Below are positions 21,019 to 31,558 of a stretch of DNA of 64,000 bases, piece by piece (within the stretch, counting starts at the first letter, position 1; each line of letters begins with the position of its first letter). Location of the stretch: contig CAVYSY010000024.1 of the NCBI GenBank assembly GCA_963771175.1, positions 32,001-96,000 on the forward strand, in the 5' to 3' direction. The position numbers and the translations under genes were made by a program. The stretch is from an uncultured delta proteobacterium (GTDB taxonomy: Bacteria > Myxococcota > Myxococcia > Myxococcales > Myxococcaceae). The notes beneath the pieces were generated by a model that searched no databases, had not been told where the DNA came from, and was given only the letters and a program-made list of their open reading frames with translations.

Positions 21019-21927
21019 TCAGGCCCGGGGGTGCGCGGCGTCGTAGACGGACTGGAGCTGCTCCCAGCTCACGTGCGTATACCGCTGCGTGGTGGAGAGG
21101 CTCGCGTGGCCCAGCAGCTCCTGGATGCTGCGGATGTCCGCCCCGCCGCCGAGCAGGTGCGTGGCGAACGAGTGGCGCAGCGCGTGCGGGCTCACCTTGC
21201 GCTGCAGCGCGCACAGCAGCACGTACCTGTCCAGGTGCCTCGCGATGTTGCGCGCCGTCAGCCGGCCCCCGCGGTAGTTGAGGAACATCGCGTCCGGGTC
21301 CTGCTCCGGCCGAGGCACCGCGAGCAGCTCGCCCCGGCGCGCCAGGTACGCCTCCAGCGCGCGGATGGCCTGCGCGTTCACCGGCACGAGGCGCTCCTTG
21401 CTGCCCTTGCCCATCACCCGGGCGATGCGCCCGCTCCGGTCCACGTCCAGCAGGTTCAGCCCGCACAGCTCGCTGATACGCAGGCCGCCGCCGTACAGCA
21501 TCTCCAGGATGGCCTTGTCGCGCAGGCCCAGCACCGTCTTCTGCGACGGCATCTCCAGGATGGCGAACATCTCGTCGACGGGGAGCACCTTGGGCAGGCT
21601 CTTGGGCAGCTTGGGGCTCTTCACCAGCTTGGCCGGGCTGGCCGGCAGCAACTTCTCCCGCACGAGGTACTTGTAGAAGCTCTTGATGCTCGCGAGCCGC
21701 CGCGCGCGGCTGGTCGCGGCATGGTCCACCGCCAGCGTGCCGAGGTAGCCGCGGATGGCCGCGTGCGAGGCCGCCAGCAGCGACAGCTTCATCCGCTCGA
21801 CCAGGTAGCGCTCGAAGTCCACCAGGTCGATCATGTAGTTGCGCACGGTGTGCGGGCTGGCGCCCTTCTCGTCTTCGAGATGGACGCGGAACTTCTCCAG
21901 CAGCGGCGACAGCGGCTCGTTGCTCAT
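21019..21927 (-). CDS. xerC: Tyrosine recombinase XerC
   Basis: GLRISEL, GKGSKER, HALRHSFATH, LGHASLSTTQRY; trmFO-xerC-hslVU context. Confidence 0.93.
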   Translation of the reverse strand: MSNEPLSPLLEKFRVHLEDEKGASPHTVRNYMIDLVDFERYLVERMKLSLLAASHAAIRGYLGTLAVDHAATSRARRLASIKSFYKYLVREKLLPASPAKLVKSPKLPKSLPKVLPVDEMFAILEMPSQKTVLGLRDKAILEMLYGGGLRISELCGLNLLDVDRSGRIARVMGKGSKERLVPVNAQAIRALEAYLARRGELLAVPRPEQDPDAMFLNYRGGRLTARNIARHLDRYVLLCALQRKVSPHALRHSFATHLLGGGADIRSIQELLGHASLSTTQRYTHVSWEQLQSVYDAAHPRA

Positions 21928-21970
21928 GGGCGGCTCCAGCGTAGACGTCTCCGGGCCGCCCGCAAGCTTC

Positions 21971-23576
21971 TCACGGCTTCGCGGGAGCCACGTACACGCC
22001 GGCGTTCGAGCCCTTCAGCACGTACACCGCCAGCGAGTCCTCCGGGCCCGCGAAGTACGCCGGCACCTGCACGCCCTGGTCGAGCGTCTTCCGCGCCTGC
22101 GTCTTCACGTCGTACACGGCCACGTCGTAGGCGTCCGAGTCCATCCGCGCCGAGGTGGCCAGCACCCGGTTGCCGTCCCCGGACAGCTTGTAGCTGAAGA
22201 TGCCCTGCATCCACGTCCGCGGCTGGGCCTGCTCGGCCAGGGGCAGGTCCAGGGCCTTGAAGTCGCACGCGCGGCCCTCGCGGATGCAGTTCGAGCGGAA
22301 GATGAGCTCCTTGCCCTCCGGGGTGAAGCCGTAGCCGAAGACGCCCGGGTGGGCCTTCTGCGGCCTTCTCCGCGCCCACCTGGTACAGCATCAGGTCCAC
22401 CGAGTAGATGGGCTTGAGGAAGCGCGAGAGGAACGCCACGTGCTTGCCGTCCTTGCCCCAGACGAAGTTGGGCACGCGGCTGCCCACCAGCTTCGGCTCG
22501 CCGTCCGGCAGCGTCACCACGCCCATCAGCCCCGCGCCCGCTGGCAGGTCGTACTTCGCCAGGAAGCCCAGCGCCTTCGAGTCCGGCGAGAAGGACGGCT
22601 CCTTCACGCGCTCGCCCACCTTGCGCCCCGGCTCGCCCGAGGCCGGGCCCACGAACAGGTCGCCCAGCAGCTCCGGCTTCGAGCCCTCGGTGCGCGCCAG
22701 CCACTGCGAGTCCGGCGAGAAGGCGAACGCCGACGTCCCCGTGGCCACCTGCCGGCTCTTCAGCTCCGGCAGCTCCGCCACGTACAGGTCATAGGTGCCG
22801 GGCACCGCCGTGCTGCGCACCTGGTACGCCACGCGCTTCGAGTCCGGCGACAGCACGTAGTCGCCCACCTGGTCCGCCAGCTTGCGCGGCTCGGCCTGCT
22901 TGCCCGGCTCACCCGCCACCGGAATCGCCAGCAGCCCGCCGGCCGCCGCCAGCCGCCGCTTGATGAACAGCATCGAGCCGTCCGGCGAGAAGCCCGCCGT
23001 GGACACCTCGCCCGCCACCGTCTGGAAGGGGCCCGCCGGCAGCGCGCCCAGCTTCAGCACCCCGCCGTCCACGAAGGCCAGCTTCGAGCCGTCCGGGCTC
23101 GGCAGGAAGTACGACACCGCGCCGCCGAGCTTCTGGGGCTCGGCGGTGGGCTCGCTGAGCGCCAGCACGTGCAGCGCGCCGGACTGGTTCGCCAGGTTGT
23201 ACCCGGTGAGGTACAGCACGTGCTTCGAGTCCGGGGTGAAGAGCAGGCCCCCGGGCACGTTGGTCACTCCGTCGCCCAGCTTGCGCGGCGCGCCGCCCGT
23301 CACCGGCACCACGTACAGCGTGCCCAGCCGCATCTGCGGAGGAATGCCCTCCACGGTCGGCTTGTGCGTCTTCTGCAGGTACGTGGCGAACTGCCCGTCC
23401 TCGGTGACGCGCAGGTCCTCCGCCGGGCCCTCGGCCAGCATCACGCCCTGCCCGCCCACGGCCGCTCCGGCCCGGGCGCTCCCCTTCCCGCCACTCTCCT
23501 TGGCGTCGCCGCGCTTGCACCCCACCAGCGCGAGCGCCATCAGTGCACCCGCCACCACGGTTCGTCGAAGCATCAT
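21971..23576 (-). CDS. aglU: TolB/WD40-like beta-propeller lipoprotein, AglU-like gliding motility protein (frameshift ~22355)
   Basis: Lipobox LVGC; repeated FSPDS/SPDG motifs; the aglU assignment rests on recalled myxobacterial synteny. Confidence 0.65.
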
Positions 23577-24930
23577 GCGGTCCTCTGGAGCTCCTGTGCG
23601 GGAGGCACACTCGGCAGCCACGTGGCGAGATCCGCCCGCGCCCGCTCCGCGTACCGCGCCCGCTTGTCCGCCTTCTTCACCCGCCCCGGCAGCGGCGGGA
23701 ACAGCCCGAAGATGACGTTGGTGGGCTGGTAGTCATAGTCCGGCGGGTGCGCCTCGCCCGTCACGTGCCGGTAGAGCGACCCCATCGCCGTGGTCGCCGG
23801 CGGCGGGACGAACTCCTGCCCCGTCAGCCGCGCGTACACCGCCAGCGCCGTCAGGTAGCCGCACGCCGCCGACTCCACGTAGCCCTCCACGCCCGTAATC
23901 TGTCCCGCGAAGAAGATGCGCGACTCCGCCTTGAGCGACAGGTCGCGCTGCAGCAGCCGCGGCGAGTCGATGAAGGTGTTGCGGTGGATCTGCCCCATCC
24001 GCAGGAACTCGGCGTTGGCCAGGCCCGGGATGCAGGTGCTGAAGATGCGCTTCTGGTCGCCCCAGGTGAGGCGCGTCTGGAAGCCCACCATGTTCCACGC
24101 CGTCCCCGCCTTGTCCTCCATGCGCAGCTGCACCACCGCGTAGGGCTGCTCGCCCGTGCGCGGATCCTTCAGCCCCACCGGCTTCATCGGCCCGAAGGCC
24201 AGCGTGTCATCGCCTCGTTCGACCATCACCTCGATGGGCAGACACCCTTCGAAGTATCTGGGTTCCTCGAAGCTGTGCGGCTGGACCTTCTGGCCCGCCT
24301 TCACCTCGGCGATGAAGCGGTAGTACTCCTCCCGGTTCATCGGCAGGTTGATGTAGTCGTCCCCGCCGCCCTTGCCGTAGCGGCTCGCGCGGAAGGCGAT
24401 ATTCATGTCGATCGAGTCCCCGGACGACGATGGGCGCCAGCGAGTCGTAGAAATAGAGCTTCTCGCCCACGTAGCGCTCGAGGTCCTTCGTCAGCGCGTC
24501 CGAGGTGAGCGGCCCGGTGGCCACCACCACCAGGCCGTCGGGCAGCGCATCCACCTCGCCATTGCACCACCTCCACGCCGGGGGCCTCGCGCACCGAGCT
24601 CGTCACCGCCGCCGAGAAGGCCTCGCGCTCCACCGCCAGCGCATCCCCCGCCGGCACCCGGTGCGTGTCCGCGCACCCCAGAATCACCGACGACAGCGTC
24701 CGCAGCTCCGCGTGCAGCAGGCCGATGGCGCTCTCCGGGTTGTCCGAGCGCAACGAGTTGGAGCACACCAGCTCCGCGAACTGGTCCGTCTTGTGCGCCG
24801 GCGAGCGCTTCTGCGGCTTCATCTCCCGCAGCGTCACTGGCACCCCGCGGCGCGCCAGCTGGTAGGCGCACTCGCTGCCCGCCAGGCCACCGCCAATCAC
24901 CGTCACCCGCTGAAACTTCACGTCCTGCAT
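23573..24930 (-). CDS. trmFO: FAD-dependent tRNA (m5U54) methyltransferase TrmFO/Gid (indels ~24560, ~24425)
   Basis: [46 protein letters not shown]. Confidence 0.95.
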
Positions 24931-25206
24931 CACTCTCTCCACGGGCCGTCTCCTGGCCCATCCGGCAACTGTTAGCAGGACCGCCCCGGCCTGTCCCACC
25001 TTCTCACTCCTGCGTGTCCACCTCCCGGGCGCCGGACCCATGCCCGCCTGCCTGTTCCTCGGCCATCCGACAAGTAGGAGAAACAGAAGCAGTTTCCCTA
25101 CCTCGCCCTGGCTCCTAGCTTTTCCCCGTTCATCGCGCGGGACATTGGGTCCGGGCGACGCAGTGCATCATCGACGCAGCGCACCTTTGATGGAGCGACA
25201 AGGGCC

Positions 25207-25593
25207 ATGAACCGAGCCAACGACCTTCTGAAGATTCGCGACCTGCTCCAGCGACGTCGGCGGGACATCCTCAGCGCGAGCCAGGGAGCCCAGCGCGAGC
25301 TGTCCGCGCTGAAGGACCAGGATCGCGACCCGGAGTACGAGGAGAACGCCCAGGCGGAGCTGGCGGACTACACGCTCTCCAGCCTGATGGAGGCGCAGCG
25401 GCGCGAGGTGATGCTCATCGACGCCGCCCTGCGTCGCATGGACACGGGCGTGTTCGGCACCTGCGTGGACTGCGGCTTCGACATCCCCATCGAGCGGCTG
25501 GAGGCGCTGCCCTTCGCCATCCGGTGCGAGGAAGACGCGACGCGTCACGAGCTGGAGATGCGCGGCGGCCCGCAGGCCATCCCGTCTATCTAG
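25207..25593 (+). CDS. DksA/TraR family zinc-finger protein
   Basis: Coiled coil, then IDAALRRMDTGVFGTCVDCG..IPIERLEALP.AIRC. Confidence 0.88.
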   Translation: MNRANDLLKIRDLLQRRRRDILSASQGAQRELSALKDQDRDPEYEENAQAELADYTLSSLMEAQRREVMLIDAALRRMDTGVFGTCVDCGFDIPIERLEALPFAIRCEEDATRHELEMRGGPQAIPSI

Positions 25594-25627
25594 GCCGGAC
25601 TGGAGGGCGCCCGGGGAACGGAGCGCC

Positions 25628-26218
25628 CTACTGCGGCTTGCCCTCGTCCTGGAGGACCACGAAGCGGTAGTTCTCCAGCTCGTTCTGGCCGGCCGTGTAG
25701 AGCACGGTGAGGAGCATGTCGTACGGAATGCTCTTGTCCGCGATGATGGACAGCTCCCGATTGAACGGCGCCGCCGGGTTGCGCTCGGCGATGTACTTGA
25801 GCTTCTCCACTTCCTTCTTGAGCTGCGCGTCGAGCGGCATCACCAGCCGGCCCTGAAGGGCCTCGGGCGGGAGCTGCCCGTTCTTCAGGCGCAGCACTTC
25901 CCTCTCCCCCACGAGGATGTTCTTGGGGGTGACGGTGACGGCCACGGTGTCCTTGGGCGTGGCGCGCGTGGAGGACACGGGCGGCCGCACGTCCTCGCTG
26001 GCCGTCATCGCCGCCGAGGACGAGGCGAAGGACTTGAGGAGGAACACCAGGAGGATGGTCATCATGTCCATCATCGCGGTGATGTTCAGCTCCTTGATTT
26101 CGCCGGCCGCCTCGCGCTCCTTGCGCTTCTTGCGCGCCAGCGCCTTGCGGTAGCGCATCCGCTGCAGCGCCTCGTCATCCACCGGCACCTGGATGGTGCT
26201 CTCGCCCGGCGTCGACAT
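25628..26218 (-). CDS. ExbD/TolR family protein (AglS/AglQ-type)
   Basis: ELNITAMMDMMTILLVFLL TM with conserved Asp; IADKSIPY. Confidence 0.9.
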   Translation of the reverse strand: MSTPGESTIQVPVDDEALQRMRYRKALARKKRKEREAAGEIKELNITAMMDMMTILLVFLLKSFASSSAAMTASEDVRPPVSSTRATPKDTVAVTVTPKNILVGEREVLRLKNGQLPPEALQGRLVMPLDAQLKKEVEKLKYIAERNPAAPFNRELSIIADKSIPYDMLLTVLYTAGQNELENYRFVVLQDEGKPQ

Positions 26219-26220
26219 GA

Positions 26221-26742
26221 CTAGAGGGCTCCGAGGGTGACGTCCGGGAAGAGCAGGCGGTGCGACTTGTCCTGCGTCTCGCGGAGGGCGTCCATGGTCT
26301 GGATGAGCGCGTCGTAGGGCGTGTCCGGATCCGCGGCGACGATGACCTTGGTCTCGGTGGGGAAGGCGCTCTTGATCTGCACCATCTGCGCGTTGAGGGC
26401 GGCGTAGTCGTACGAGCCATCCGCCTTGACGGGGATGGTGGGGGCGCCGTCCTGGCCGAGGATGGCGTTCTCGCTGTTGACGAAGTGCCCCTTCTTGCTG
26501 ATGAGCACGCTGAGCACCAGGCTCGGCTGGTCCGGGTTCTCCTGGGGGGCCACGGTGGTGCTGGGGCCGCCGTAGCTCGGCGCGCTCACGTTGAGGATGC
26601 CGAAGGACGCCAGCCCGGTGATGGACAGCAGCATGAACAGGATGAGGTTCATGAGGATGTCGAGGTACGGGACGATGTTGAGCTCGCCCGACTCCTCCTC
26701 CTCACGAGGCTTCAGCTTCCGCCTGGAGTAATGGAACGCCAT
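26221..26742 (-). CDS. ExbD/TolR family protein (AglS/AglQ-type)
   Basis: ELNIVPYLDILMNLILFML; ADPDTPYDALIQTMD. Confidence 0.9.
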   Translation of the reverse strand: MAFHYSRRKLKPREEEESGELNIVPYLDILMNLILFMLLSITGLASFGILNVSAPSYGGPSTTVAPQENPDQPSLVLSVLISKKGHFVNSENAILGQDGAPTIPVKADGSYDYAALNAQMVQIKSAFPTETKVIVAADPDTPYDALIQTMDALRETQDKSHRLLFPDVTLGAL

Positions 26743-26758
26743 GGGCCCCTCCGGCGCG

Positions 26759-27484
26759 TCAGGCGGCGCGGGCGTCGTCGAGGGTCGTCTCGCCCGCGGC
26801 GCGGCGCGCCAGCATGTTCTCCAGCTTGAGGGCGTTGAGCTCCATGCTCTCCACCATGCTCTTCGCGTACGAGGTGAGGAACAGGTGGAAGACGATGCAG
26901 AGCACCGCGATGGAGAGCGCGAAGGCGGTGTTGTTCATGGCCTTGGAGATACCGTCCGACAGCAGCGCCTGCTTCTGCTCCGCGGGCACGTTGCCGAGCG
27001 CCTGGAAGGTACCGATCAGACCGAAGATGGTGCCGACGAGGCCCACCAGCGTGGCGATGTTCGCGAGCGACCAGAGCCACGGAATCCGCGCGCCCACGTG
27101 CGGGGTGTTCTCGACGAGGGCCTCCTCCACCGCCTTGGCGACTTCAATCTCGCCACGGTTGGCGCGGGTGAGGCCGGCGCGGATGATCTTGGCCAGCGGC
27201 GATTTGGGGGCGGCGGCGCACAGCTTCACGGCGCGATCGATGTTGCCGGTCATCACCAGCTTGGTGACCTGCTCCATGAAGGGCGGCGCGTTGAGGTTGT
27301 AGCGGAACATGAGCGTCACGATCCGCTCCAGGGCCACCGCGAGCGCGGCGGCCAACCAGAACAGGTTGACGAACATGAAGGGACCACCGTCCTTGAAGAA
27401 CTTGATGACGGAGTCCACGAGGCCGAGCTTCGCGGGGGCCTGGGTCAGCACCACGTCCAGCAGCTCGCTCACCATGGGAATCAT
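26759..27484 (-). CDS. MotA/TolQ/ExbB proton channel protein (AglR-type)
   Basis: ATLVGLVGTIFGLI and GISKAMNNTAFAL TM motifs. Confidence 0.92.
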   Translation of the reverse strand: MIPMVSELLDVVLTQAPAKLGLVDSVIKFFKDGGPFMFVNLFWLAAALAVALERIVTLMFRYNLNAPPFMEQVTKLVMTGNIDRAVKLCAAAPKSPLAKIIRAGLTRANRGEIEVAKAVEEALVENTPHVGARIPWLWSLANIATLVGLVGTIFGLIGTFQALGNVPAEQKQALLSDGISKAMNNTAFALSIAVLCIVFHLFLTSYAKSMVESMELNALKLENMLARRAAGETTLDDARAA

Positions 27485-27611
27485 CGCGAAGCAGGTCCTT
27501 TCGACGTCCGCGCCTGCCCCGGGGGCAGGCACTGAACTTCTAGAGGACCCGCTGCGCGGGTGTCAAGGCAGGGGCAGGCCATGCCCCTGAAATCCTTGAA
27601 CTTTCAGCCCC

Positions 27612-30251
27612 TCAAGCGACCGAGGAGACGTCGGGGCCGCTGGGGGCGGGAGCCGTGGCGGCGGCGGCGACCTCCGGCTCGACGATCTGCCGGCGGTAGT
27701 CGCACTCCTTGTTGGGGCAGGCGATGAACGGGCCGTCCCGCTTGGAGTACTTCTGCAGCAGGTAGGGCGACTGGCACTGCGGGCACGCCTCGGCGATCGG
27801 CCGGTCCCAGGCGGCGAACTTGCAGTCCGGGTAGCGGTTGCAGCCGAAGAAGATCTTCCCGAAGCGGCTGCGGCGCTCGGTGAGGTAGCCCTGCTTGCAG
27901 TCCGGACACGTCACGCCGATGGAGATGGGCTTGGACGTCTTGCACTCGGGGTAGCCCGAGCACGCGAGGAACTTTCCGAACCGACCGCGCTTCACCACCA
28001 TGGGCTTGCCGCAGTTCTCGCACTTCTCGTCGGTCGTCTCCTCCTCGATGATGACGATCTTCCCCTCGGCGTCGCGCTTGAAGTCCTTGGTGTTCTTGCA
28101 CTCGGGGTAGTTCGAGCACGCGAGGAAGTGGCCCATCTTCCCCCACTTGATCACCATGACGTTGCCGCACTTCTCGCAGGCCACGTCGGTCTTGACCTCC
28201 TCGCGCTTGACGTCGCGCATCTCCGCTTCGGCCTTCTCGAGCGTCTCCTTGAAGGGCTCGTAGAAGTCGTGGAGCACGGCCTTCCAGTTGGCCTCGCCCT
28301 CGGAGATCTGATCGAGCTTCTCCTCCATGCCGGCGGTGAAGGCGACGTCCAGCTCGTGGGGGAAGTGCTTGACGAGCAGCTCGTTGCAGATGACGCCGAG
28401 GTCCGTGGGACGGAAGCGCCCCTCCATCTTCTCCACGTACTTCTTGTCCTGGATGGTGGAGAGGATGGCGGCGTACGTGGACGGACGGCCGATGCCCCGC
28501 TCCTCGAGCTCCTTGACCAGGGTGGCTTCGGAGAAGCGCGGAGGCGGCTGGGTGAAGTGCTGCTCGTTGAGGAGCTTCTGCAGGCCGAGGATGTTGCCCT
28601 CGTCGAGCACGGGCAGCTCGCCCACGGCGTCCTCGTCGGACTCCTCACCGGAAGCGCGCGCCTTCTCCTGGGCGGCCTCCTCCTCGGGGGTGAGGCCCGC
28701 GCCGTAGACGGCCAGGTAGCCGGGGAACTTCAGCGTGGAGCCCGAGGCCCGGAAGGTGACCCGGCCCGCGGTGATGTCCGCGCTCGTCTGGTCATACACG
28801 GCCGGCTTCATCTGGCAGGCCACGAAGCGCCGCCAGATGAGCTCGTACAGGCGGTACATGTCCGCGGCCATGTCGTCGTTCATCGAGTCGAAGAACGACT
28901 TCACCTTCTCGGGCGGGTACTCGAGCGAGGTGGGGCGGATGGCCTCGTGCGCGTCCTGGGCGCCCTTCTTGGTGCGGTACACCACGGGGGCCTCGGGCAG
29001 GTAGTCCGCGCCGTAGGTGCCACCGATGAAGTCGCGCACCCCCGCCACCGCCTGATCCGACAGACGGGTGGAGTCCGTACGCATGTACGTGATGAGCGCC
29101 GTCTGGCCCTCCTCACCGAGCGGCACGCCCTCGTAGAGCCGCTGGGCGAGCGCCATCGTCTTCTTGGCGGTGAAGTGGAGCCGGTTGGCGGCCTCCTGCT
29201 GCAGCTTGGAGGTGATGAAGGGAGCGGGCGCGTTGCGGCGCCGCTCTTTCTTGTCCACCTTGGACACCACGAAAGAGGAGCCCTGGAGCTCCGCCACGAG
29301 CGCGTCGGTGGTGGCCTTGTCCTTCAGCTCGATCTTCTTGCCGTCCACCTTGGACAGCTTGGCCTTGAAGGGCGGCGGCCCGGCCGGCCCCTCGAGGAGC
29401 GCGTCCAGGGTCCAGTACTCCTGCGGGACGAAGGCCTTGATCTCATCCTCGCGCTCGCAGACGAGGCGCACGGCCACGGACTGCACGCGGCCCGCGGACA
29501 GGCCCCGGCGCACCTTCTTCCAGAGGATGGGGGAGATCTGGTAGCCCACGAGCCGGTCCAGGATGCGCCGCGTCTGCTGGGAGTCGTAGTTCTCCTGGCT
29601 GAGCTGGCGCGGGTGCGCGATGGCCTCCTGGATGGCCGACTTGGTGATCTCGTTGAACATCACCCGGTAGGCGTTGTCGTGGCCGAGCTGCTTGTGGATG
29701 TGCCAGGCAATGGCCTCGCCCTCGCGGTCGGGGTCCGTCGCGAGGAAGACCTTGTCCACGCCCTGGGCGGCCTTCTTCAGCTCGCCGAGCACCTTCTCCT
29801 TGCCCTTGATGACCTCGTACTGGGGCTCGAAGTCGTGCTCGATGTCCACGCCCATCTTGCTCTTGGGCAGGTCCAGGATGTGGCCCACCGAGGCCTTCAC
29901 CGTGTAGCCGGAGCCCAGGTACTTCTTGATGGTCTTCGCCTTGGCGGGCGACTCGACCACCACGAGGTAGTGCGGTCCCTTGCCGCGCCGGGAAGTCTCG
30001 GACGACTCGGAGTCCTCCGCGGAAGCCTCCACGGTGGCCAGGGCCCCGTCACCGTCCTTGCGGCGAGCGGCCTTCTTGGCGGTCGTCTTCTTGGCGGCGG
30101 ACTTCTTCGCGGCCGTCTTCTTGGCGGCCGTCTTCTTCTTGGCGGCCGTCTTCTTGCGCGCCACCGGCTTCTTGGCTTCCTGCTCAGGGGCCGCCGTCTC
30201 CTCGACCTCCATCTCGCCTGCCGTTGCCGTCTTCTTCGTGCGCGTCGCCAT
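27612..30251 (-). CDS. topA: Type IA DNA topoisomerase I with N-terminal Lys/Ala-rich extension
   Basis: VVESPAKAKTI, ATDPDREGEAI, SAGRVQS, ITYMRTDS, C-terminal zinc ribbons. Confidence 0.97.
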   Translation of the reverse strand: MATRTKKTATAGEMEVEETAAPEQEAKKPVARKKTAAKKKTAAKKTAAKKSAAKKTTAKKAARRKDGDGALATVEASAEDSESSETSRRGKGPHYLVVVESPAKAKTIKKYLGSGYTVKASVGHILDLPKSKMGVDIEHDFEPQYEVIKGKEKVLGELKKAAQGVDKVFLATDPDREGEAIAWHIHKQLGHDNAYRVMFNEITKSAIQEAIAHPRQLSQENYDSQQTRRILDRLVGYQISPILWKKVRRGLSAGRVQSVAVRLVCEREDEIKAFVPQEYWTLDALLEGPAGPPPFKAKLSKVDGKKIELKDKATTDALVAELQGSSFVVSKVDKKERRRNAPAPFITSKLQQEAANRLHFTAKKTMALAQRLYEGVPLGEEGQTALITYMRTDSTRLSDQAVAGVRDFIGGTYGADYLPEAPVVYRTKKGAQDAHEAIRPTSLEYPPEKVKSFFDSMNDDMAADMYRLYELIWRRFVACQMKPAVYDQTSADITAGRVTFRASGSTLKFPGYLAVYGAGLTPEEEAAQEKARASGEESDEDAVGELPVLDEGNILGLQKLLNEQHFTQPPPRFSEATLVKELEERGIGRPSTYAAILSTIQDKKYVEKMEGRFRPTDLGVICNELLVKHFPHELDVAFTAGMEEKLDQISEGEANWKAVLHDFYEPFKETLEKAEAEMRDVKREEVKTDVACEKCGNVMVIKWGKMGHFLACSNYPECKNTKDFKRDAEGKIVIIEEETTDEKCENCGKPMVVKRGRFGKFLACSGYPECKTSKPISIGVTCPDCKQGYLTERRSRFGKIFFGCNRYPDCKFAAWDRPIAEACPQCQSPYLLQKYSKRDGPFIACPNKECDYRRQIVEPEVAAAATAPAPSGPDVSSVA

Positions 30252-30259
30252 GATTCTCC

Positions 30260-31378
30260 TCAAACCTTCTCGTACAACCTGCCAGGATGCTGAATGACGA
30301 GTCCCGACAATTCGAGTTCCACCAGCGCGCTCGTGAGCGCCGCGGGTGAGAGCCGGCTGCCGGCCAGCACCTCATCAAATGACCTGGGAACCCTGTCCAA
30401 CACCTGGTAGGCCCCCCTCGCTTCCACCGAGAGCTCCTCCCACGAGCAGCCCTCTCCTGGCGGCACGGTCCGGTCGGGATGAAGCCCCACCGCCCGCCAG
30501 ACTTCATGAACCGAGAGGCAGGCCCGGGCGTGTCCGTCCCGGATGAGCGTGTTGCACCCGGCCGCCCCCTCGTTCATCACATCACCGGGCAGGGCCAGCA
30601 CTGGCCGCCCCTGCGCTCGTCCCGCCTCCGCCGTGTAGAGGCTGCCCGAGGCCGCCCCCGCGCGGAGGACCAATACCGCGTCCGATGCACCGGCGATGAG
30701 CCGGTTGCGCCGGGGAAATGTCGTCGTGCTCGCCCGGACTCCGGGAGGCAGCTCACTGAAGAACACTCCGCCCCGGGCCAGGAAGTGCGGCAGCAGCTTC
30801 GCCTGGGCGGGATCCAGCTCGTCCAGCGCCGAGCCGAGAAAGGCCCACGTCTCCCCGCCCGCGTCCAACGCCCCCCAGTGGCAGGCGCGATCCACCCCCG
30901 CGGCCGCCCCGGACACCACCCCCACCCCACCCTCCGCCACCTGCCGGGCGAAGGTCCGAGCAAAGGGCAGGAAGCCCTGATCCGGGTGCCGGCTGCCCAC
31001 CATGGCCACCCGGCGCCGCGGCGGCCCCACCTGTCCCCGATAGAAGAGGAGCGGCGGCCCGTCCTGGGTCTCCGCCAGCCGCGCCGGGTACGCCCGCTCG
31101 CCCCGGAAGGCCACGCCCATGGCCACCGCCGCGCAGCGCTCCAGCACACGTTCGGCCAGCAACCCCAGCTCCGATACCTCCGCCAGCTTGCGCCGCACCG
31201 GCGCGGGCAGGGGGGCCTCGCCCACCCACTCCCTCACCGGACAGGCAGCCAGGCGAGCGACATTTCCCCCGGCGTAGGCGCGCAGGCCCTCCAGCGTCCT
31301 CGGACCCAAGCCGGGAACCACCCAGAGAGCCAGGAGCGCCTGCTGCTCCGCCGTGTACCTGTTCGTCGCGTCCGCCAT
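30260..31378 (-). CDS. dprA: DNA processing protein DprA
   Basis: VAMVGSR, VVSGAA.GVD, FPRRNRLIAG, SGSLYTA; C-terminal winged helix. Confidence 0.93.
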   Translation of the reverse strand: MADATNRYTAEQQALLALWVVPGLGPRTLEGLRAYAGGNVARLAACPVREWVGEAPLPAPVRRKLAEVSELGLLAERVLERCAAVAMGVAFRGERAYPARLAETQDGPPLLFYRGQVGPPRRRVAMVGSRHPDQGFLPFARTFARQVAEGGVGVVSGAAAGVDRACHWGALDAGGETWAFLGSALDELDPAQAKLLPHFLARGGVFFSELPPGVRASTTTFPRRNRLIAGASDAVLVLRAGAASGSLYTAEAGRAQGRPVLALPGDVMNEGAAGCNTLIRDGHARACLSVHEVWRAVGLHPDRTVPPGEGCSWEELSVEARGAYQVLDRVPRSFDEVLAGSRLSPAALTSALVELELSGLVIQHPGRLYEKV

Positions 31379-31558
31379 ACCCGACCCCCTCCTGGGCCCA
31401 CCTATATAGAAGATGGGTCCGACGGAGAGGGGCGGGACACATAAACACCGGACTGGCGGTGGTCAAGCGGCACGTCCCCTGCAATAGGGGTCAACCGAGC
31501 CGCTCCCAGGGGTTCCATCCCCCTTGCGGCCGGCCTTCCGGTCCCGCGTTCGGGTGCG

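Noticed and set aside
21019..21927. Tyrosine recombinase as a prophage or island integrase
   Set aside because: XerC-like sequence in the conserved trmFO-xerC-hslVU context; no phage genes or att repeats seen
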